DNA of 7,587 bases from Naegleria gruberi (lineage: Eukaryota), in the NCBI GenBank assembly GCA_000004985.1, contig GG739128.1. One strand, written 5' to 3'. A model generated the notes under the pieces. The model was given only the letters and a program-made list of their open reading frames with translations, was not told the DNA's origin and ran no database searches. Shown here one piece after another: positions 1 through 7,542 of this stretch (within the stretch, counting starts at the first letter, position 1; the number at the start of each line of letters is the position of its first letter). Position numbers and translations under genes: made by a program.

Positions 1-32
1 AGCATTAAAAGTAGAATCACTATTATTCGAAT

Positions 33-269
33 TCAATTATTCGGCGACTGTAAATTAAAATCAAAATTATCAAATATTAAAAATTCATCCTGATCATCAT
101 TTACATCCTCTCTCGGTATCATGTTATTAATTATTGATAGCAATTCATTCGTATTACCATCCAATTCTAATCCTAATAATAATGGTTGCTGTTCATCGTG
201 TACAACAAACTGCAGAACCGCATTTTCCTTCATCTCGTTACTACTATTGCTGTTACTTGTAACAGACAT
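33..269 (-). CDS. Hypothetical small acidic protein, 78 aa from the first true ATG (minus-strand ATG at 269..267). The supplied 92-aa ORF begins at a GTG at 311 that the ORF caller translated as M.
   Basis: The frame is open for 79 codons in ~75% AT DNA, where stops are frequent by chance. The ATG sits in an A-rich context (aaaaaaaATGtct) typical of AT-rich eukaryotes. The reading frame ends ...QSPNN with a TGA at 35..33. No homology is recognised. The antisense + ORF at 121..318 competes with it. Confidence 0.3.
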   Translation of the reverse strand: MSVTSNSNSSNEMKENAVLQFVVHDEQQPLLLGLELDGNTNELLSIINNMIPREDVNDDQDEFLIFDNFDFNLQSPNN

Positions 270-889
270 TTTTTTTATTTTTAGATTTAAAAAAACAAAA
301 CGTGAAAGCACAATTTAACTGGGAGATTGCCAAGTAACGTGATATTGCTCCAAAGATATTTAAAATAGAGTACGTTTTGGAATCAGTAAGGTGAATCTAT
401 TAAATTGGAAGGAAAACGTGTCTATTCTTATTGATATTAATAGCTTTTTTAATTTTAGGCTTCGGAATGAACTTGTAATGTTACATAAAGTTAGTAGAAA
501 ATTATTGATGTTAAGAATTTCATTGAAATAACAATTAACGCCTGTTGTGTAAATATCAAAGGCAATGCAGTGCCGGAACTCATTTTTTGATGCAATTTGG
601 TTTGCCAAAGTGGCGGCTGCTAACGGCCGAAGTAAAAATGTCACATTGGGTGACTTAATAAAAAAATTATTTATTCAAAAACTATAAGTATTCACATTGC
701 GATATTTTGAAATTAGGTAGTAAAACACCCATTGATGGATTTTATGAAAAATGATTTGTTGAAAGATTTATTTCGGGATTTTATAAAATAAATATTTAAT
801 ATTAAAAATAATTCAAAATAGGACGTGATGATTTACTCACTTATTTCAGTGTTTGGTTCAGCACGGTTTCAATTTTATAAAAATTCACA

Positions 890-1063
890 TGTTTTTAATT
901 ATTAATATAATTGATTTCCCGAGCCAAACGCCGAAATAAATGACTTGTAATTGTTGCAAAGTGGTATGTCAGAAAGTAGGTCGATAATTTTTTTCATTTT
1001 TTTTAAGTGTTTTTTATTTAGATCAGTGACAGTTCAATAATTCCACTAGTTAAGAGAAAACAA
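890..1063 (+). promoter_or_regulatory. Putative promoter and 5' leader of the + gene starting at 1064. There is a TATA-like TAATATAA at ~903..912 and long T-runs (ttttttcattttttttaagtgttttttattt) at ~978..1012.
   Basis: The position relative to ATG 1064 and the TATA-plus-oligo(dT) architecture are known from dictyostelid-type promoters. This is sequence pattern only. Confidence 0.2.
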
Positions 1064-1361
1064 ATGCCAATAAAACAAAGGAAGCATTCAAAGCAATGTT
1101 CTGTTTGTTCAAAATACGTTCTCAAGGTTTATTTAAAACCGGAAGTCGATTCTTCAACATCAAAAACGAAGAAATATTGTTGCAGTAAATGTAGAGATGA
1201 GTTACGCAATGGTGGCAGTGATGATATTATGGAAGCTGATCAGCATGATGAAGGAGAAGATGGATTACATGGTACTCCAATGGCTTCTCAAATTTCTTCT
1301 CAATACAATACGTCTCAAAATCAGCCAAGCTTTCAGAGTCTAGTATATAATGGAATTTTAC
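1064..1361 (+). CDS. 5' end of a gene for a Cys-rich protein of unknown function. It has a putative Cys4 zinc-ribbon or treble-clef motif (C-x2-C-x23-CC-x2-C) and is truncated by the N-run after 99 codons.
   Basis: This is the first ATG after an in-frame TAG at 1019..1021, in an A-rich context (aaaacaaATGcca). A 99-codon open frame is unlikely by chance in AT-rich DNA. The motif reads KQCSVCSKYV...KKYCCSKCRDE. The codon usage resembles the phospholipase C exons. No donor site is seen before the gap, so the frame simply runs into the N's. Confidence 0.5.
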
Positions 1362-4300
1362 NNNNNNNNNNNNNNNNNNNNNNNNNNNNNNNNNNNNNNN
1401 NNNNNNNNNNNNNNNNNNNNNNNNNNNNNNNNNNNNNNNNNNNNNNNNNNNNNNNNNNNNNNNNNNNNNNNNNNNNNNNNNNNNNNNNNNNNNNNNNNNN
1501 NNNNNNNNNNNNNNNNNNNNNNNNNNNNNNNNNNNNNNNNNNNNNNNNNNNNNNNNNNNNNNNNNNNNNNNNNNNNNNNNNNNNNNNNNNNNNNNNNNNN
1601 NNNNNNNNNNNNNNNNNNNNNNNNNNNNNNNNNNNNNNNNNNNNNNNNNNNNNNNNNNNNNNNNNNNNNNNNNNNNNNNNNNNNNNNNNNNNNNNNNNNN
1701 NNNNNNNNNNNNNNNNNNNNNNNNNNNNNNNNNNNNNNNNNNNNNNNNNNNNNNNNNNNNNNNNNNNNNNNNNNNNNNNNNNNNNNNNNNNNNNNNNNNN
1801 NNNNNNNNNNNNNNNNNNNNNNNNNNNNNNNNNNNNNNNNNNNNNNNNNNNNNNNNNNNNNNNNNNNNNNNNNNNNNNNNNNNNNNNNNNNNNNNNNNNN
1901 NNNNNNNNNNNNNNNNNNNNNNNNNNNNNNNNNNNNNNNNNNNNNNNNNNNNNNNNNNNNNNNNNNNNNNNNNNNNNNNNNNNNNNNNNNNNNNNNNNNN
2001 NNNNNNNNNNNNNNNNNNNNNNNNNNNNNNNNNNNNNNNNNNNNNNNNNNNNNNNNNNNNNNNNNNNNNNNNNNNNNNNNNNNNNNNNNNNNNNNNNNNN
2101 NNNNNNNNNNNNNNNNNNNNNNNNNNNNNNNNNNNNNNNNNNNNNNNNNNNNNNNNNNNNNNNNNNNNNNNNNNNNNNNNNNNNNNNNNNNNNNNNNNNN
2201 NNNNNNNNNNNNNNNNNNNNNNNNNNNNNNNNNNNNNNNNNNNNNNNNNNNNNNNNNNNNNNNNNNNNNNNNNNNNNNNNNNNNNNNNNNNNNNNNNNNN
2301 NNNNNNNNNNNNNNNNNNNNNNNNNNNNNNNNNNNNNNNNNNNNNNNNNNNNNNNNNNNNNNNNNNNNNNNNNNNNNNNNNNNNNNNNNNNNNNNNNNNN
2401 NNNNNNNNNNNNNNNNNNNNNNNNNNNNNNNNNNNNNNNNNNNNNNNNNNNNNNNNNNNNNNNNNNNNNNNNNNNNNNNNNNNNNNNNNNNNNNNNNNNN
2501 NNNNNNNNNNNNNNNNNNNNNNNNNNNNNNNNNNNNNNNNNNNNNNNNNNNNNNNNNNNNNNNNNNNNNNNNNNNNNNNNNNNNNNNNNNNNNNNNNNNN
2601 NNNNNNNNNNNNNNNNNNNNNNNNNNNNNNNNNNNNNNNNNNNNNNNNNNNNNNNNNNNNNNNNNNNNNNNNNNNNNNNNNNNNNNNNNNNNNNNNNNNN
2701 NNNNNNNNNNNNNNNNNNNNNNNNNNNNNNNNNNNNNNNNNNNNNNNNNNNNNNNNNNNNNNNNNNNNNNNNNNNNNNNNNNNNNNNNNNNNNNNNNNNN
2801 NNNNNNNNNNNNNNNNNNNNNNNNNNNNNNNNNNNNNNNNNNNNNNNNNNNNNNNNNNNNNNNNNNNNNNNNNNNNNNNNNNNNNNNNNNNNNNNNNNNN
2901 NNNNNNNNNNNNNNNNNNNNNNNNNNNNNNNNNNNNNNNNNNNNNNNNNNNNNNNNNNNNNNNNNNNNNNNNNNNNNNNNNNNNNNNNNNNNNNNNNNNN
3001 NNNNNNNNNNNNNNNNNNNNNNNNNNNNNNNNNNNNNNNNNNNNNNNNNNNNNNNNNNNNNNNNNNNNNNNNNNNNNNNNNNNNNNNNNNNNNNNNNNNN
3101 NNNNNNNNNNNNNNNNNNNNNNNNNNNNNNNNNNNNNNNNNNNNNNNNNNNNNNNNNNNNNNNNNNNNNNNNNNNNNNNNNNNNNNNNNNNNNNNNNNNN
3201 NNNNNNNNNNNNNNNNNNNNNNNNNNNNNNNNNNNNNNNNNNNNNNNNNNNNNNNNNNNNNNNNNNNNNNNNNNNNNNNNNNNNNNNNNNNNNNNNNNNN
3301 NNNNNNNNNNNNNNNNNNNNNNNNNNNNNNNNNNNNNNNNNNNNNNNNNNNNNNNNNNNNNNNNNNNNNNNNNNNNNNNNNNNNNNNNNNNNNNNNNNNN
3401 NNNNNNNNNNNNNNNNNNNNNNNNNNNNNNNNNNNNNNNNNNNNNNNNNNNNNNNNNNNNNNNNNNNNNNNNNNNNNNNNNNNNNNNNNNNNNNNNNNNN
3501 NNNNNNNNNNNNNNNNNNNNNNNNNNNNNNNNNNNNNNNNNNNNNNNNNNNNNNNNNNNNNNNNNNNNNNNNNNNNNNNNNNNNNNNNNNNNNNNNNNNN
3601 NNNNNNNNNNNNNNNNNNNNNNNNNNNNNNNNNNNNNNNNNNNNNNNNNNNNNNNNNNNNNNNNNNNNNNNNNNNNNNNNNNNNNNNNNNNNNNNNNNNN
3701 NNNNNNNNNNNNNNNNNNNNNNNNNNNNNNNNNNNNNNNNNNNNNNNNNNNNNNNNNNNNNNNNNNNNNNNNNNNNNNNNNNNNNNNNNNNNNNNNNNNN
3801 NNNNNNNNNNNNNNNNNNNNNNNNNNNNNNNNNNNNNNNNNNNNNNNNNNNNNNNNNNNNNNNNNNNNNNNNNNNNNNNNNNNNNNNNNNNNNNNNNNNN
3901 NNNNNNNNNNNNNNNNNNNNNNNNNNNNNNNNNNNNNNNNNNNNNNNNNNNNNNNNNNNNNNNNNNNNNNNNNNNNNNNNNNNNNNNNNNNNNNNNNNNN
4001 NNNNNNNNNNNNNNNNNNNNNNNNNNNNNNNNNNNNNNNNNNNNNNNNNNNNNNNNNNNNNNNNNNNNNNNNNNNNNNNNNNNNNNNNNNNNNNNNNNNN
4101 NNNNNNNNNNNNNNNNNNNNNNNNNNNNNNNNNNNNNNNNNNNNNNNNNNNNNNNNNNNNNNNNNNNNNNNNNNNNNNNNNNNNNNNNNNNNNNNNNNNN
4201 NNNNNNNNNNNNNNNNNNNNNNNNNNNNNNNNNNNNNNNNNNNNNNNNNNNNNNNNNNNNNNNNNNNNNNNNNNNNNNNNNNNNNNNNNNNNNNNNNNNN

Positions 4301-6563
4301 NNNNNNNNNNNNNNNNNNNNNNNNNNNNNNNNNNNNNNNNNNNNNNNNNNNNNNNNNNNNNNNNNNNNNNNNNNNNNNNNNNNNNNNNNNNNNNNNNNNN
4401 NNNNNNNNNNNNNNNNNNNNNNNNNNNNNNNNNNNNNNNNNNNNNNNNNNNNNNNNNNNNNNNNNNNNNNNNNNNNNNNNNNNNNNNNNNNNNNNNNNNN
4501 NNNNNNNNNNNNNNNNNNNNNNNNNNNNNNNNNNNNNNNNNNNNNNNNNNNNNNNNNNNNNNNNNNNNNNNNNNNNNNNNNNNNNNNNNNNNNNNNNNNN
4601 NNNNNNNNNNNNNNNNNNNNNNNNNNNNNNNNNNNNNNNNNNNNNNNNNNNNNNNNNNNNNNNNNNNNNNNNNNNNNNNNNNNNNNNNNNNNNNNNNNNN
4701 NNNNNNNNNNNNNNNNNNNNNNNNNNNNNNNNNNNNNNNNNNNNNNNNNNNNNNNNNNNNNNNNNNNNNNNNNNNNNNNNNNNNNNNNNNNNNNNNNNNN
4801 NNNNNNNNNNNNNNNNNNNNNNNNNNNNNNNNNNNNNNNNNNNNNNNNNNNNNNNNNNNNNNNNNNNNNNNNNNNNNNNNNNNNNNNNNNNNNNNNNNNN
4901 NNNNNNNNNNNNNNNNNNNNNNNNNNNNNNNNNNNNNNNNNNNNNNNNNNNNNNNNNNNNNNNNNNNNNNNNNNNNNNNNNNNNNNNNNNNNNNNNNNNN
5001 NNNNNNNNNNNNNNNNNNNNNNNNNNNNNNNNNNNNNNNNNNNNNNNNNNNNNNNNNNNNNNNNNNNNNNNNNNNNNNNNNNNNNNNNNNNNNNNNNNNN
5101 NNNNNNNNNNNNNNNNNNNNNNNNNNNNNNNNNNNNNNNNNNNNNNNNNNNNNNNNNNNNNNNNNNNNNNNNNNNNNNNNNNNNNNNNNNNNNNNNNNNN
5201 NNNNNNNNNNNNNNNNNNNNNNNNNNNNNNNNNNNNNNNNNNNNNNNNNNNNNNNNNNNNNNNNNNNNNNNNNNNNNNNNNNNNNNNNNNNNNNNNNNNN
5301 NNNNNNNNNNNNNNNNNNNNNNNNNNNNNNNNNNNNNNNNNNNNNNNNNNNNNNNNNNNNNNNNNNNNNNNNNNNNNNNNNNNNNNNNNNNNNNNNNNNN
5401 NNNNNNNNNNNNNNNNNNNNNNNNNNNNNNNNNNNNNNNNNNNNNNNNNNNNNNNNNNNNNNNNNNNNNNNNNNNNNNNNNNNNNNNNNNNNNNNNNNNN
5501 NNNNNNNNNNNNNNNNNNNNNNNNNNNNNNNNNNNNNNNNNNNNNNNNNNNNNNNNNNNNNNNNNNNNNNNNNNNNNNNNNNNNNNNNNNNNNNNNNNNN
5601 NNNNNNNNNNNNNNNNNNNNNNNNNNNNNNNNNNNNNNNNNNNNNNNNNNNNNNNNNNNNNNNNNNNNNNNNNNNNNNNNNNNNNNNNNNNNNNNNNNNN
5701 NNNNNNNNNNNNNNNNNNNNNNNNNNNNNNNNNNNNNNNNNNNNNNNNNNNNNNNNNNNNNNNNNNNNNNNNNNNNNNNNNNNNNNNNNNNNNNNNNNNN
5801 NNNNNNNNNNNNNNNNNNNNNNNNNNNNNNNNNNNNNNNNNNNNNNNNNNNNNNNNNNNNNNNNNNNNNNNNNNNNNNNNNNNNNNNNNNNNNNNNNNNN
5901 NNNNNNNNNNNNNNNNNNNNNNNNNNNNNNNNNNNNNNNNNNNNNNNNNNNNNNNNNNNNNNNNNNNNNNNNNNNNNNNNNNNNNNNNNNNNNNNNNNNN
6001 NNNNNNNNNNNNNNNNNNNNNNNNNNNNNNNNNNNNNNNNNNNNNNNNNNNNNNNNNNNNNNNNNNNNNNNNNNNNNNNNNNNNNNNNNNNNNNNNNNNN
6101 NNNNNNNNNNNNNNNNNNNNNNNNNNNNNNNNNNNNNNNNNNNNNNNNNNNNNNNNNNNNNNNNNNNNNNNNNNNNNNNNNNNNNNNNNNNNNNNNNNNN
6201 NNNNNNNNNNNNNNNNNNNNNNNNNNNNNNNNNNNNNNNNNNNNNNNNNNNNNNNNNNNNNNNNNNNNNNNNNNNNNNNNNNNNNNNNNNNNNNNNNNNN
6301 NNNNNNNNNNNNNNNNNNNNNNNNNNNNNNNNNNNNNNNNNNNNNNNNNNNNNNNNNNNNNNNNNNNNNNNNNNNNNNNNNNNNNNNNNNNNNNNNNNNN
6401 NNNNNNNNNNNNNNNNNNNNNNNNNNNNNNNNNNNNNNNNNNNNNNNNNNNNNNNNNNNNNNNNNNNNNNNNNNNNNNNNNNNNNNNNNNNNNNNNNNNN
6501 NNNNNNNNNNNNNNNNNNNNNNNNNNNNNNNNNNNNNNNNNNNNNNNNNNNNNNNNNNNNNNN
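1362..6563. other. Run of 5202 N's. This is either a sized assembly gap or a hard-masked region; no sequence information is available.
   Basis: This is directly visible. Its non-round length suggests an estimated gap size or a masked element, not a default 100-N spacer. Confidence 1.
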
Positions 6564-6614
6564 TGGTACACAACCATTTGGCAACATGCTCCGACATTTG
6601 ACAATTAGAAAAAA

Positions 6615-7041
6615 ATGTCATCCTATCCAACAAGCCCAGGAGCATTGGATGATTTGCCTTCCTCATCATTATCTTCATCACCTTCACCACTACAACCACC
6701 CATCATCACCTCATCCATCATCAATAATAGTAGTACAACAACAATAACAACAACAAATCACAATAATGAATCTTCACCTCGAGGTGGAGCTTCCACTGTT
6801 GGAAGTGATAATAGTGAATTGTGTGAACAGATTTGCATTGATCAACATTTACTACAAACCTATCAATATGCTGAACCAGCCTATATTAACAAGATTTTAC
6901 AAGAATTCAAGTCGGGAAGAAAGTTAAAATCATCCCTTGAGAAGAAAGCTACCACACTCAAGGATCATTATTTTGTATTGGATGATGAGGAAACTTTTAT
7001 AGAGGTAAAGGATTCGAAAAAGAAGGAAACTAAAGTACATG
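6615..7041 (+). CDS. Phosphoinositide-specific phospholipase C (delta-like), exon 1. An S/T/N-rich low-complexity N-terminal tract is followed by the first half of the PH domain. The donor is at 7041|7042 (catg|gtatgt), a phase-1 junction.
   Basis: The ATG lies in an AAAAAAATG context with an in-frame TAG 6 nt upstream. The segment ...ILQEFKSGRKLKSSLEKKATTLKDHYFVLDDEETFIEVKDSKKKETKVH aligns to the PLC-delta1 PH-domain region [37 protein letters not shown], as recalled from memory. A GTATGT donor is followed by an in-frame stop, which is consistent with an intron. Confidence 0.75.
6659..6770 (+). repeat. Coding low-complexity, microsatellite-like tract of imperfect (TCA)n, (CCA)n and (ACA)n codon repeats. 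It encodes SSSLSSSPSPLQPPIITSSIINNSSTTTITTTNHNN.
   Basis: The trinucleotide periodicity is directly visible, for example acaacaacaataacaacaacaaat. Confidence 0.7.
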
Positions 7042-7163
7042 GTATGTAGGAAATATTCTAAACTATTTAAACCTGTTATTATCAAAACAAACACGTACTA
7101 TTTATTATTATGATGTGTAATATTGATGAAAATAATTGAAATTTAATGATTTGATATTGATAG
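7042..7163 (+). other. Intron 1 of the PLC gene. It is 122 nt, runs GTATGT...TTGATAG, is phase 1 and has ~22% GC.
   Basis: There is a canonical donor. Reading through hits TAG at 7047. With the acceptor AG at 7162..7163 the frame is restored: the G at 7041 plus TG at 7164..7165 gives GTG (Val), and homology resumes as VFLRDIKQ, matching LFSIEDIQ. An alternative acceptor at 7174..7175 (acgag|at) is also in frame but removes the conserved F. Confidence 0.6.
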
Positions 7164-7480
7164 TGTTTTTACGAGATATTAAACAAATTTGTGGTAGTGA
7201 CATGATGGGTAAAGCAGCAAAAACTCAATCAAAAGGTTATTTTGGTAGAAAAATAGAGTCACCACAATTGGAACATGGATATACAATTATTTATGGTGCC
7301 AAGGATGAACAAATTGATATCATGTGTGAGAGTTTGAATGAATTTAATGAAAATATTTGTTTACTCAATTACTTGATTAGAGAATCAAGAATTAGTTATG
7401 ATAGAGATCCAACCAAGTTGTTGATTTTAAAACATTGGATGAAAGCTGACGTGAATAATGATGGACAACTGGATTACAAG
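7164..7480 (+). CDS. PLC exon 2. It encodes the second half of the PH domain and the start of the first EF-hand, and ends in phase 0 at ...GQLDYK|gtaagt.
   Basis: The segment FLRDIKQICGSDMMGKAAKTQSKGYFGRKIESPQLEHGYTIIYGAKDEQIDIMCESLNEFNENICLLNYLI aligns to PLC-delta1 [63 protein letters not shown]. The segment KLLILKHWMKADVNNDGQLDYK aligns to [24 protein letters not shown], an EF-hand loop of the D-x-N/D-x-D-G type. Confidence 0.75.
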
Positions 7481-7542
7481 GTAAGTTTTATTCACATTCA
7501 ATTTTTTTATTTAATGTATTAAACAATTTTTGCTATTATTAG
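7481..7542 (+). other. Intron 2 of the PLC gene. It is 62 nt, runs GTAAGT...ATTATTAG, and has ~15% GC.
   Basis: There is a perfect GTAAGT donor. Reading through gives VSFIHIQFFYLMY*. The acceptor AG at 7541..7542 restores frame-0 homology: EVVKLCQK aligns to EVKDFLKE. Confidence 0.6.

Noticed and set aside
25-40. A short palindrome, ttcgaattcaa, which contains an EcoRI site.
   Set aside because: A 6-8 nt palindrome is expected by chance in AT-rich DNA, and there is no flanking structure.
121-318. A 65-aa + ORF (MLLIIDSNSF...LLLLLLLV...).
   Set aside because: It is antisense to the longer and better-contexted minus-strand ORF 269..33. It has a poly-Leu low-complexity tract and no recognisable motif. 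It is probably an antisense shadow, although the strand choice is unresolved.
360-644. A 94-aa minus-strand ORF with a signal-peptide-like start.
   Set aside because: Its M is a GTG called by a bacterial-style start rule, and there is no ATG anywhere in the frame. There is no homology, and most of the sequence is low complexity. I retained only the GC-rich patch as an observation.
1064-6699. Five supplied ORFs of 1750-1850 aa (1064..6601 +, 1350..6608 +, 1227..6587 -, 1333..6699 -, 1358..6604 -) that span the N-run.
   Set aside because: They consist almost entirely of X from translating N and carry no information. Only their real-sequence ends were considered: 1064..1361 as a genuine ORF start, and 6564..6608 as a short open tail.
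7136-7522. The supplied 128-aa + ORF, taken as an independent gene.
   Set aside because: Its first 9 codons (MKFNDLILI) lie inside PLC intron 1 and its last 14 (VSFIHIQFFYLMY) read through intron 2. The homologous part is PLC exon 2 (7164..7480), joined in phase to exon 1.
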